From assembly GCA_017513085.1 (NCBI GenBank), contig JAFWDK010000006.1:9661-73660 (forward strand): a DNA stretch of 64,000 nt. Direction: 5' to 3'. Within the stretch, counting starts at the first letter, position 1. Every line of letters begins with the position of its first letter. Below the pieces are notes generated by a model. That model did no database searches and had not been told where the DNA came from. It saw only the letters and a list, made by a program, of their open reading frames with translations. Made by a program: the position numbers and the translations under genes. Shown here piece by piece: positions 1 through 9,762 of the stretch. Source of the DNA: Clostridiales bacterium. GTDB taxonomy: Bacteria > Bacillota > Clostridia > Saccharofermentanales > Saccharofermentanaceae.

Positions 1-33
1 CAACTGATCGTTTTATATGCTTTTTCCGAAAAC

Positions 34-921
34 TTACCCGAAAAGCATATTGAAAAAAGCATATCCGAAATATCCGACTGCGGCACCCGTAGCCAACAGA
101 GTACCCAAATACTTGACGTTTCTTCCATTTCCGATTGCACACCGGGAAATCAGATAAACCACCGCACACACGATAGCCGGGACCACTCCGATGCATCCAC
201 AAAGAATGATCGCAAAAAGATCCGACGTTCTCAGCGCCTTCATCTTATCACTTTTGAAATAGGATTGTGACTTCTTAGACAAGCTATTGATCATTATCGC
301 CAGCACCACAGCCAAAAGTCCGATAGCCGCCGCAATCAAAATCTCAATCAGAATATCCGCAAAAAGGCCGGCCGTACTCTTATCCGATGAAGACACAGTC
401 CATCCGAGCTTGTCCGACAAAGCCGGACCCATCGCACGGAAAAGCACTTGCACCGCAAGATCGATCAGAAGTGCTACCGAAAGATTGTACATGGACGAAC
501 CGGTATCTTTCATGATCATCATTTCGACGATCACGATATTGATCATAATAAACAGTGCACAAAGCACTATAAACGGGAAAAGATTTTTCTTTGGGTCAAC
601 AGGATCCAGGAACATGGAAAGATGGGTAACTGCCATCAGAATATACATAAGACCTGTCAGACTCTCGATCTTAATGTATCTGGAAGAAATCGGAGTCTTG
701 CAGTATCTGCACTTTCCTCCAAGGAAAAGCCAGCTGAAGATCGGTACCAGATCAAGCGCTCCGAGTTCGTGACCACATGTCATGCACATGGAATGACCTT
801 TCACTATGGTCCTGTGTTCCGGTATACGGTATATACAAACATTCGTAAAACTGCCAATAACGGCACCAAACATGCCGGCCATGATTATATTGATAATCGT
901 AAACACCAAATCAACGTTCAT
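34..921 (-). CDS. pilD: Prepilin peptidase A24 family (PilD-like); N-terminal Zn/methylase domain intact, peptidase motifs degenerate
   Basis: GSFTNVCIYRIP, CMTC and LGGKCRYC match the PilD N-terminal domain, followed by several TM helices; divergent from pilB. No GxGD motif. Confidence 0.85.
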   Translation of the reverse strand: MNVDLVFTIINIIMAGMFGAVIGSFTNVCIYRIPEHRTIVKGHSMCMTCGHELGALDLVPIFSWLFLGGKCRYCKTPISSRYIKIESLTGLMYILMAVTHLSMFLDPVDPKKNLFPFIVLCALFIMINIVIVEMMIMKDTGSSMYNLSVALLIDLAVQVLFRAMGPALSDKLGWTVSSSDKSTAGLFADILIEILIAAAIGLLAVVLAIMINSLSKKSQSYFKSDKMKALRTSDLFAIILCGCIGVVPAIVCAVVYLISRCAIGNGRNVKYLGTLLATGAAVGYFGYAFFNMLFG

Positions 922-1308
922 TCGTTCACACTCCTATCCATTTAACATTATTACAAAAAAAGAATTATTTCAATTGCCACTTTCTTTTTACCATTAGGCG
1001 TTTGTGTAATTTCAACAAAATATCGATATTCCGTTCTAAAATATTCATAATCAGTTGCAAAATCGTTGTTTTCCATGTATATTTATTGAGAAAAACTGAT
1101 GAGTATTTGTGTTGGCTTATAGGGTTACAATGAGATGACAATTCTGTTCTTGGGTGAGAACGAATTGTAATTATTTGATTTCACTTTTAGTCTATACAAC
1201 GCCCTGTTTTGGGTGTACATTACTATTATCAGCAAAATTAGATATTTGGGTCGAGACGTCGGTCCATATCTCTTTATGCTAAAACGTACATCAGTTTGGG
1301 AGGGTTTG

Positions 1309-2985
1309 ATGAAGCGATTAGGTGACATTCTTATCGACAGTGGCTTTTTGTCACAGGCAGAATTGCAGGAAGCTCTTGAGGCACAGCGATCTTCTCCGTC
1401 CAAGAAACGTTTGGGTGAAATCATTGTTGAGAAAGGTCTTCTGACCGAACTGGATATCCTTAGAGCAATTTCGAGCCAGTATGAAATTCCGATTATCGAC
1501 TTACAGCAAGTTGACATTGACCAGGAAGCAACCAAGGTCGTTACTGAGCAGTATTGCGAAGAGAACTTGATTATTCCTGTTGCTTTTGACCAGGACAAAC
1601 TGGTCGTTGCTATCTATGACCCGTTGAACATTCTTGTAACTGATGACCTCCGTTTCCGTACAGGTAACGATATCGTTACGCTCCTTGCTCCGAAGCAGCA
1701 GATCCTCACCGCGATCAAGATGAATTATGGTAGAGAAGTTGCTAAGCAGGCTTCTGATGAACTTGCTGCCGATCTTGATCTCGAGGATATGAAGAATCTG
1801 GCTGACGAGATCACAGACGAAGTAAACAACGCTCCTGTAGTTAAGCTCGTTAACTCCATGATCGACTTCGCTATCCGAGCAAATTCTTCCGATATTCACA
1901 TCGAACCGATGGAAGATCGTGTTCGAGTCCGTATCCGTATCGACGGTGTGCTTTCCGAGATCATGAATAACCCGGTTGCCGCGAAAGACGCGATCATCAC
2001 ACGTATCAAGATCATGTCCGGCATGAACATCGCCGAGAAGCGTATCCCTCAGGACGGTCGTGTACAGACCATGATCAACGGTAAGCCTGTTGACATGCGT
2101 GTATCCGTTCTCCCTACGGTACATGGTGAGAAAACCGTTATCCGTATCCTTGCTAAGAACGACGCAAATCTTAATCGTAAGTACTTAGGCATCAGTGAAC
2201 ACAACAACGCGATGATCGACAAGATCGTCAAAGTTCCTCAGGGTGTTTGCCTTATCTCCGGTCCTACCGGTTCCGGTAAGACAACTACTCTTTACACACT
2301 CCTTTCCGAAAAGAATACTCCAGAAACAAATATCGTAACTGTTGAGGACCCGGTAGAAATTCAGATCCCAGGTCTCAATCAGGTACAGGTTAACGCCAAG
2401 GCCGGAATGACATTCGCAAGTGGTCTTCGTTCTATCCTCCGTCAGGACCCGGATATCATCCTCGTCGGTGAGATCCGTGACGGTGAGACTGCCGAGATCG
2501 CAATGCGTGCTGCTATTACCGGTCACTTGGTTTTCAGCACGATCCACACCAACGATGCTGTTTCTTCCATCAACCGTTTGATCGATATGGGTATCGAGCC
2601 ATTCATGGTTTCGACAGCTGTTATCGGCGTTGTTGCTCAGCGTCTTGTTCGTCGTATCTGCACGAACTGCCGTGAAGAATATGAACCGGGTCCGGATGAA
2701 GTCGAGCTTTTGAAACTGCAGCCCGGACAGAAACTCTATCGTGGCGCCGGTTGCTCCGAGTGTAACGAGAAGGGTTATAAGGGACGTATTGCTATCCATG
2801 AAGTTGTAATTATGACCAAAAAGATGAGAGCGCTTCTTGAGCGCCGTGCTTCAGAAGATGAGATGCGTGCATTGGCAATCTCTGAAGGAACATTGATGTT
2901 GGCTGATTCTGCTGCACAGTTAGTACTGGAGGGTATTACAACCGTTGCAGAGATGAGTAAAGTAACATATTCCATTGACGGTTAA
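1309..2985 (+). CDS. pilB: Type IV pilus extension ATPase PilB (GspE/PulE family) with N-terminal MshEN domain
   Basis: Walker A GPTGSGKTT, EDPVE, LRQDPDIILVGEIRD, tetracysteine CTNC/CSEC, tandem RLGxxL motifs at the N-terminus. Start moved to ATG 1309 behind RBS GGGAGG. Confidence 0.95.
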   Translation: MKRLGDILIDSGFLSQAELQEALEAQRSSPSKKRLGEIIVEKGLLTELDILRAISSQYEIPIIDLQQVDIDQEATKVVTEQYCEENLIIPVAFDQDKLVVAIYDPLNILVTDDLRFRTGNDIVTLLAPKQQILTAIKMNYGREVAKQASDELAADLDLEDMKNLADEITDEVNNAPVVKLVNSMIDFAIRANSSDIHIEPMEDRVRVRIRIDGVLSEIMNNPVAAKDAIITRIKIMSGMNIAEKRIPQDGRVQTMINGKPVDMRVSVLPTVHGEKTVIRILAKNDANLNRKYLGISEHNNAMIDKIVKVPQGVCLISGPTGSGKTTTLYTLLSEKNTPETNIVTVEDPVEIQIPGLNQVQVNAKAGMTFASGLRSILRQDPDIILVGEIRDGETAEIAMRAAITGHLVFSTIHTNDAVSSINRLIDMGIEPFMVSTAVIGVVAQRLVRRICTNCREEYEPGPDEVELLKLQPGQKLYRGAGCSECNEKGYKGRIAIHEVVIMTKKMRALLERRASEDEMRALAISEGTLMLADSAAQLVLEGITTVAEMSKVTYSIDG

Positions 2986-2997
2986 GGAGGAAAGAAA

Positions 2998-4119
2998 GTG
3001 GAAGAATTTACATTAAGTATGGATGCCATTCTCACAGAGGCTGTTCGTCGCCAGGCGTCCGATACGCACATCACAGTTGGTCTGCCACCTATGATCCGCG
3101 TACACGGCGAACTCATGCCCCTCAATTCCAACATTTTGACACAGAGTGACACTGAATATCTCTGCAAATCTATGTTGGACAAGTCCAGACAGCAGTATCT
3201 CAATGAGCGTGGTGAGATCGACTTCTCTTACGTTGTTAGAGATTACAGCCGTTTCCGTTGTAACGTATTTAAGCAGCGCGGTAGTTATACTCTGGCTGCA
3301 CGTACTATCACAACAGAAATTCCGACATGTGAGCGTCTCGGACTTCCTGAATTGTTTAAGGATCTGGCTCTGAAACCGCGTGGATTGATTCTTGTAACAG
3401 GTCCTACGGGTTCCGGTAAATCAACTACTCTGGCCGCCATGGTTGGTCACATCAACCAGAACCGCCGTTGTCACGTTCTCACTCTTGAGGAACCGATCGA
3501 GTATCTGCACCGTCATGGTGAGTCGATGATCAACCAGCGTGAAGTTCACGAAGATACCCTCTCTTTTGCTAATGCTCTTCGTGCTGCTCTCCGTGAAGAC
3601 CCGGACGTTATCATGGTTGGTGAGATGCGTGACCTCGATACGATCAGTACAGCTATCACAGCTTCTGAAACCGGTCACTTGGTTATGTCCACACTCCACA
3701 CCAGTGGTGCTGCCGACACGATCAACCGTATCATCGACGTATTCCCGCCGCATCAGCAGGATCAGATCCGTGTTCAGTTGGGTACAGTTCTTGTTGCGGT
3801 TATCTCTCAGACACTTCTTCCCCGTGCGGATGGTGCAGGACGAGTAGCTGCATTTGAGATCCTGATCGCAAATGACGCTGTTCGTAACCTTATCCGTGAA
3901 GGTAAGACATATCAGATCGATAATACCATTGCGACTAACCTCAAACTTGGTATGTGTTCTCTTGACTACTATCTTGCCGAGCTTACTAAGAAGGGTCTGA
4001 TCACACGTGAGACTGCTATCTCCCGTTGTAAGGATCCGGATGAATATCGCCGTTACCTCGCTTCCGCCGGCACTGCGAATTCTGTATCTAATGGTCTATT
4101 TAACTCGTTGGAGTACTAA
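2998..4119 (+). CDS. pilT: Type IV pilus retraction ATPase PilT
   Basis: GPTGSGKSTT, LREDPDVIMVGEMRD, STLHT and C-terminal AVRNLIRE motif; GTG start after AAGGAGG. Confidence 0.95.
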   Translation: MEEFTLSMDAILTEAVRRQASDTHITVGLPPMIRVHGELMPLNSNILTQSDTEYLCKSMLDKSRQQYLNERGEIDFSYVVRDYSRFRCNVFKQRGSYTLAARTITTEIPTCERLGLPELFKDLALKPRGLILVTGPTGSGKSTTLAAMVGHINQNRRCHVLTLEEPIEYLHRHGESMINQREVHEDTLSFANALRAALREDPDVIMVGEMRDLDTISTAITASETGHLVMSTLHTSGAADTINRIIDVFPPHQQDQIRVQLGTVLVAVISQTLLPRADGAGRVAAFEILIANDAVRNLIREGKTYQIDNTIATNLKLGMCSLDYYLAELTKKGLITRETAISRCKDPDEYRRYLASAGTANSVSNGLFNSLEY

Positions 4120-4150
4120 TAAATAGAAAACAAAGAAGGAGGTTTGCTTC

Positions 4151-5359
4151 ATGCCAAATTTCAAATATGAAGTAGTCGACGCAAGTGGACGTTCAAGCAA
4201 AGGTGTCATAGAAGCCGCTACCATGGCAGATGCTTCGAAGATGCTCCGTGCTGACGGTCGTTTCATTGCCTCTCTTGAACAAGACAATGGCTCAAGTCTT
4301 TTGACAATGAACGTCGGAAGTCCAAAGCTGAAGACAAAAGATCTCATGATTATCACGAGACAGCTTTCTTCTCTTCTGAGTGCCGGTATTACAGTTATCC
4401 GTTCTTTGGATATGTTGTATCAGCAAATGGAAAGTAAGAAGGCGAAGGCAGTTATCGGTTCCATCTATGAGTCGATCCAATCCGGTAAAACATTGTCGGA
4501 AGCCTTCCGTGAACAATCCAAGGCTTTACCTACGATCATGATTTCTATGATTTCTGCAGGTGAGGAATCCGGTCGTCTTGACGAAGTAACCGCAAGATTG
4601 GCTGCTCACTTTGAGAAAGAGCAAAAGTTGAAGAATAAAGTTGGTGCCGCCTTGGTATATCCTATTATTCTTGCCGTTGTTACTCTCGGTATTACTGTCG
4701 GTTTGATGACCCTCGTAGTTCCGAAATTCGCTGAAACATTGAACTCCCTCGGTGGTGAGCTCCCTGGCCTCACCAAGGCAGTCATGAATTTCAGTGACAG
4801 CTTGGTAGACTTCTGGTACATCTATCTTGCTGTAATTCTTGGTATCATCGTAGCGTTCCGTATGTGGAAGCATTCAGAGAAAGGTAGCCTTTCCTGGTCC
4901 AAGTTCGTGCTTAAGGTTCCGATTTTCGGTAAAGCTCAAAAAGCAACCGCTGCTGCACGTTTCACCCGTACCATGGCTACATTGCTCCGAAGCGGTATCA
5001 GCGTACTGGACTCTATGGAGATCACGAGTCACACTCTTGGAAACAAATGGCTGGAAACACAGCTCTATGATTCCAGAAATGAAATCCGTAAAGGTTCTTC
5101 TGTTTCCCGTTCCATTCGTGGTATCAAGGAATTCCCTCCTATGATCTACGCTATGACAGCTATCGGTGAAGAATCTGGTACTTTGGATAGCATCCTTGAC
5201 AAGGCAGCAGACTTTTTCGAGGATGAGGCAGATGCAGCTACTGCAAAGATGACAGCAGCTTTGGAGCCTATCATGATCATCATCATGGCTGGTGTCGTTC
5301 TTCTCGTAGTTGGTGCTTGTGGTCTACCAGTACTCACAATGTCCAGTAACATTTTGTGA
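4151..5359 (+). CDS. pilC: Type IV pilus platform protein PilC (GspF family)
   Basis: AGEESGRLD, ALVYP, GEESGTLD and LEP repeats of the two T2SSF domains; position in the operon. Confidence 0.95.
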   Translation: MPNFKYEVVDASGRSSKGVIEAATMADASKMLRADGRFIASLEQDNGSSLLTMNVGSPKLKTKDLMIITRQLSSLLSAGITVIRSLDMLYQQMESKKAKAVIGSIYESIQSGKTLSEAFREQSKALPTIMISMISAGEESGRLDEVTARLAAHFEKEQKLKNKVGAALVYPIILAVVTLGITVGLMTLVVPKFAETLNSLGGELPGLTKAVMNFSDSLVDFWYIYLAVILGIIVAFRMWKHSEKGSLSWSKFVLKVPIFGKAQKATAAARFTRTMATLLRSGISVLDSMEITSHTLGNKWLETQLYDSRNEIRKGSSVSRSIRGIKEFPPMIYAMTAIGEESGTLDSILDKAADFFEDEADAATAKMTAALEPIMIIIMAGVVLLVVGACGLPVLTMSSNIL

Positions 5360-5383
5360 TGATAACTCGAAAGGAGATAAATT

Positions 5384-6502
5384 ATGGCTTTAGGAAGTGG
5401 AAGCAGCAAAGAGATTTCGATTGACGTCTCTAGCTCAAACATGAAAATGGTAGTCGGCGGCTACAACCGCAAGACTGGAACGGTTCAGATCGATAAGTTC
5501 GGCATCGTCCCGCTCGAGTCTGATACTATCGCTGATGGTGTCATTTCTGACCAGTTTGGTGTAGTAATGGCGCTGAAAAATGCACTGGCTAAGTCCAATA
5601 TTCAGGACAAGCGTGCGATCTTGACAGTTGAGGGTAGTTATCTTCACACAAGAGACCTGGAACTCCCTGCAGTAAAAGCAGAACAGCTCCGTGATATGGT
5701 CCGTTACGAGATCTTGGGTCAGGGCACAAACAACCGCGATATGATCGTTGAATATATCGTATATGACAAAGTACTTGACGAAGAAACCAAGCAGCAGAAG
5801 TACAAAGTACGTGCTACAGCAATTCCGAAGGATGTTGCCAATGACTTCCGTGAATTGATGAAGACAAGTGCTTTGAACCCGATCGCGCTGGATGTTAATC
5901 CGAATGCTATCCGTAAGCTTTTCAAAAGCGGAACGATCAACGGAACAACCAACATTGCATCCAACACTTTGTTGCTGATCGAGTTGTCCTCCAAGACAAC
6001 AAATATCACTGTTTTGGATAAAGGTTTCCCGGTACTGACACGTCGTCTGCAGTTTGGTCACTCCAATGTGCGCCAGGTTGCTGAGACTGTTAAGAAGGTT
6101 CAGGGCAATTCTGCTAACAAGTCTTCCATCCTGACAAGACGTCTTCAGGTCGTTAAAGGTGAAGGTATTTCCAACGTTGATGTTTCTGATATCGATGTAT
6201 GGCACGAGACAGTTAAGGACGAGCCTTCCTTGAACAGTGCAGTTTCTGCATACTTCAAGAGCTTGACCGATGCTATTTCCAGAACTGCTCAGTTCTCCAT
6301 TTCCAAGTATCACTTGGATGCGATCAGCACATGCTTCCTCTATGGTAGCGGCGCTAAGTATCGCAAGATGGACAAAGAGCTTTCTCGTCAGCTTGGTACT
6401 CAGGTTGAAATTCTCGGTTCCCTTAACACAGTTCAGGGACCGAAAGACTTTATCTTATCAGACTATGTGAATGCGTGCGGCGCACTCATTCGTGACAATT
6501 GA
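5384..6502 (+). CDS. pilM: Type IV pilus assembly protein PilM (actin-like ATPase fold)
   Basis: ISIDVSSSNMK, ALDVNPNA, LLIELSSKTT, FLYGSGA, YVNACGALIR; follows pilC. Confidence 0.88.
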   Translation: MALGSGSSKEISIDVSSSNMKMVVGGYNRKTGTVQIDKFGIVPLESDTIADGVISDQFGVVMALKNALAKSNIQDKRAILTVEGSYLHTRDLELPAVKAEQLRDMVRYEILGQGTNNRDMIVEYIVYDKVLDEETKQQKYKVRATAIPKDVANDFRELMKTSALNPIALDVNPNAIRKLFKSGTINGTTNIASNTLLLIELSSKTTNITVLDKGFPVLTRRLQFGHSNVRQVAETVKKVQGNSANKSSILTRRLQVVKGEGISNVDVSDIDVWHETVKDEPSLNSAVSAYFKSLTDAISRTAQFSISKYHLDAISTCFLYGSGAKYRKMDKELSRQLGTQVEILGSLNTVQGPKDFILSDYVNACGALIRDN

Positions 6503-6516
6503 AAGGAGGCGAGATT

Positions 6517-7431
6517 ATGAGTTTAGCAAAATCAAAGAATGACTTTTCTAAAAGAGATATGAACTTCTTCTCTGAATTCAGCTCAGGTGCTTCTCAGAAT
6601 TTTTCGTCTGCATTACCGGTCTTTCTTCTGTTCGCGCTCGGTATTATTATTGTGACATTGATCATCTGGATTGCTTGCAGCGTTTCTACGATGAAGAAGA
6701 CAAACAGAGCAAACGAGTTGAGATCTACGATGAACTCTCCTGAGTATCTCGAAAAGCTGTCCAGAAAGGATCAGACACAGGCTGAGGTTGAAGAGTTAAG
6801 ACAGTATAGTTACGTTATTTCCACACTGGAAGTAAAAGTTTCCGGAACTACTACTGCTGCTGCTGAGACTTTCACATCTGTTGTAGATGCTCTCCCGAAC
6901 GACACAGTTCTCACCTTCTACGATGATACAAACGGAACTGTTGAGATCCACGGAACAAGTATTAACTCCGAGTCTCCGCTCAACTTTCTCAAGACTCTCT
7001 CAGACAAAGAGTTGTTCAGCTTTATTGAAGATTCCATCAAGCCTTTCGACCCGATTGCTGGTGGTTATACCGAAAAATCTCTGATTATGGCTGAAATGCG
7101 TTATGAATTCGTATTCAAGTGCACTCTCAAAGGTCACTATGCTGTTACATGGGCTCGTTTCCTTGATGGTCCGACACTTACACCTTTGACAGAGGTTTCT
7201 ACAAATTCTTACAACGCAGGTAAGGACTACCTGATTCAGAGCGTTGCTACATACCAGACAGAGGGTGTCAACTATACTCTTACAAACATCAAGATCAATG
7301 GTGCTCCGGTATCCGCAGCTACATTGGCTGAAGCAATTGCTACAAACGAACTTAAGGGCAAAGTTGCTACAACGATGAATATCGAACTTGTATATACTGC
7401 GCCTGCAGAAGGTGAAGGAGGTGCTTCCTGA
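6517..7431 (+). CDS. pilN: PilN-like alignment subunit with an extra C-terminal beta-rich domain
   Basis: RDMNFF (variant of the INLL PilM-binding motif), single TM, coiled coil, ALPNDTVLT core; ATG 6517 after AAAGGAGG. Confidence 0.8.
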   Translation: MSLAKSKNDFSKRDMNFFSEFSSGASQNFSSALPVFLLFALGIIIVTLIIWIACSVSTMKKTNRANELRSTMNSPEYLEKLSRKDQTQAEVEELRQYSYVISTLEVKVSGTTTAAAETFTSVVDALPNDTVLTFYDDTNGTVEIHGTSINSESPLNFLKTLSDKELFSFIEDSIKPFDPIAGGYTEKSLIMAEMRYEFVFKCTLKGHYAVTWARFLDGPTLTPLTEVSTNSYNAGKDYLIQSVATYQTEGVNYTLTNIKINGAPVSAATLAEAIATNELKGKVATTMNIELVYTAPAEGEGGAS

Positions 7432-8621
7432 TGAAGACAACAGGTGGTAGAGACACATTCTTATTGTTTGTTGTTCTCGTCTTGGTGATCGGTGCAGTTT
7501 GCTATATGTTCGTCATCAAGAGATCATTAAATAAGCTCAACCAGGCAAAGATCGATTTGGAGATCGTTGAGCAGGAAAAAGCTGAGAAAGATAAGATTAT
7601 CGCTCAGGCAGAGGAATTGGACAAAGTACGTGAGGAGTTGAAGGCTTCTATCGCTGCTAAAGAGAAAAAGCTTCCTCCGGAGCTTCTTACTCAGACAATT
7701 CAGCGTAAACTGTATAAGCATTTCGAGGAAGCTGGCATTCCTTACTACGTAGAGATTGCTAACGACGCGAAGAAGTATGAATCCGTTACACTTCCGGATG
7801 GAACTTCCAGCCCTGATAGAGTTGCATATTCCAGCTACACTATTAGAGTTTCCGGTACAGACGGATGGTTGCTGACACACGATGAAGGCGACAAGATTCC
7901 TTTTGAAGTGTTCTATGAGCAGTCCATCTTGGATCAGACAATGGGTATTGGCGGTCAGAATGCAAATGGCGGTGCTACAACACCGAACAAGTCCGCTACT
8001 GAAGCTGGTATCGCTGACGTAAAAGCACTGAGAAGTGAAAAGTATGTTGGCTACAAGGAATTCATGGCAGCTATCCAGAAGATCCAGGCTGACGCTCCGG
8101 ATTATGTAAAGATCACAGGCGTTGGATTTGAGGATCAGGGTCAGGGCTTCGGTTATTTCACAGCTGTTGTTAATGTATATTCTTATGAACTGGTTAACCG
8201 TATCTCTGATGCTAGCGAACAGAAGGGTATGAACTACATGAAGTGGGTCGGCTCCGAAAATATTGCAACAGGTGGTCTGGTTGGTCTTCCGAACTACTTC
8301 ACACTCAGTAGCCCGAACTACAGTATTTCCGAGGATTCTCCTCTGTACAACCACTATGTATCTCTTGTAGATTTCAAGTTCAATGTTGATCGTCCGTTCG
8401 CAGCATGGAACATGTGGGGTTATGAATGGCTGACATTGAAGCCGATTCTCGATGCAGGCGTAGACAAGAATCCGCAGCTGCTCGAACTCGACATTCAGTT
8501 GCAGCTTGGTATGATCACTATGGAAGAATACACAAAACTGAGTTCTTTGATCATTGGTTCCGGCGTTGAGCTTCAGAATGGAGCAACACTCCCTGACGCA
8601 AATACTACACCGGCAACATAA
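7431..8621 (+). CDS. PilO-like alignment subunit, unusually long (396 aa)
   Basis: GRD + TM + coiled coil + LPP pattern typical of PilO; stop/start overlap with pilN. Confidence 0.65.
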   Translation: MKTTGGRDTFLLFVVLVLVIGAVCYMFVIKRSLNKLNQAKIDLEIVEQEKAEKDKIIAQAEELDKVREELKASIAAKEKKLPPELLTQTIQRKLYKHFEEAGIPYYVEIANDAKKYESVTLPDGTSSPDRVAYSSYTIRVSGTDGWLLTHDEGDKIPFEVFYEQSILDQTMGIGGQNANGGATTPNKSATEAGIADVKALRSEKYVGYKEFMAAIQKIQADAPDYVKITGVGFEDQGQGFGYFTAVVNVYSYELVNRISDASEQKGMNYMKWVGSENIATGGLVGLPNYFTLSSPNYSISEDSPLYNHYVSLVDFKFNVDRPFAAWNMWGYEWLTLKPILDAGVDKNPQLLELDIQLQLGMITMEEYTKLSSLIIGSGVELQNGATLPDANTTPAT

Positions 8622-8641
8622 GAACAATTGATTCAATCATC

Positions 8642-8676
8642 AAGGGAGCTGTCAAAAATGACAGCTCCCTTTTTTT
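8642..8676 (+). terminator. Rho-independent terminator of the pil operon
   Basis: Stem AAGGGAGCTGTCA / TGACAGCTCCCTT followed by a T-run. Confidence 0.9.
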
Positions 8677-9327
8677 GTCGTTTCTTCGTTTCGTACAGCA
8701 GGAAAGAATCGTGTTTCAAAGTATAACTATTCTTCTCATCAACACAAATGAATAATCTTCAGTCGCTCCGCCACAGAAAAGATCTCCTTGACCCCGATGG
8801 AGCAGGTGATGTGTCCGATATCCGAGATCTCGATTCTTCTACTACCTTTCTCATCCGTTGCAGTAGAATAATCCGTTTTAAACCACCATCTCGAACCGAT
8901 AAGATGCTAATTCTTGTTATAGCGCTATTCTGCAACAGAACTGTTCTGGCGAAACACTTGGATCAAACAACTTGATTTTAATATGCATATTATGGAAAAA
9001 CACCGTATCAAAGAACTTCAATAATTCTTCAAGCATTGTATATAATACTTATTTAAACCTATATATAGTGTCCTGAGTGAATTTAGACACAATTTGTCAC
9101 AATTTAAAATCGTAACGTTATACACAATTTCAAATTGTAAATAAATATATCCTCGTTTCATCCAATTGACCGGATCGTCTGCAAAGCACTGAAATACAAG
9201 CATTTGACGCGGATCCAGGTTTCATGTTATTATATCAAACGAGTTCATGATTTATTCAATTATGCCATGAATTGTGACGGCCAAAAAATTTTTTTCACAA
9301 AAATGTGAAAAAACTTCAAAATTGGTA

Positions 9328-9355
9328 TTGCATTTTCAGAATCACATGCTATAAT
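9328..9355 (+). promoter_or_regulatory. Sigma-A promoter of short pilin 1
   Basis: TTGCAT-16 bp-TATAAT with extended TGn; an inverted repeat lies immediately upstream (9290-9313). Confidence 0.7.
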
Positions 9356-9395
9356 GTAATTACAAACTCAATAAAACATTTAGGAGGAACTTATT

Positions 9396-9596
9396 ATGAA
9401 GAAGATTCAGAAGAACAGAAAAGGTTTTACATTGGTTGAAATGGTACTCGTTATCGCGATTATCGTTATCCTAGCTGCAGTAGTATTCTTTACAGTAGCT
9501 GATTACCTCAACGCTGCTAAGGGCGCTACATCCAAGCTTTCTGAGCACAACAGCGCTATCGCTGCTGGTACAGCTGATATCTCTGCTAACCTGTAA
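9396..9596 (+). CDS. Short type IV prepilin 1, probable major pilin (56 aa mature)
   Basis: KNRKG|FTLVEM class III signal, RBS AGGAGG, own promoter and terminator. Confidence 0.92.
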   Translation: MKKIQKNRKGFTLVEMVLVIAIIVILAAVVFFTVADYLNAAKGATSKLSEHNSAIAAGTADISANL

Positions 9597-9618
9597 TTTC
9601 AATCTTGTAGCAATTATC

Positions 9619-9649
9619 GGGGGGGGCTTTAAAAGTCCCCCCTTTTTTT
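9619..9649 (+). terminator. Terminator after pilin 1
   Basis: G-run/C-run hairpin followed by T7. Confidence 0.85.
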
Positions 9650-9708
9650 ATCTTTGAAGCTATTGGTATTACTTAATTTCCGGATTCAATTTGTTTACAA
9701 TTTAGTTA

Positions 9709-9736
9709 TTGATTCTCAGTTCAGTGGTGTTATAAT
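9709..9736 (+). promoter_or_regulatory. Sigma-A promoter of the pilin 2 / minor pilin operon
   Basis: TTGATT-16 bp-TATAAT with TGn extension. Confidence 0.6.
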
Positions 9737-9762
9737 TATCTTGGTTATACTTGGAGGCAATT

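Noticed and set aside
9166-9225. Possible c-di-GMP-I riboswitch (GCAAA...GAAA...GACGC)
   Set aside because: The bases flanking GAAA do not pair, the downstream consensus is missing, and it lies upstream of the predicted pilin promoter.
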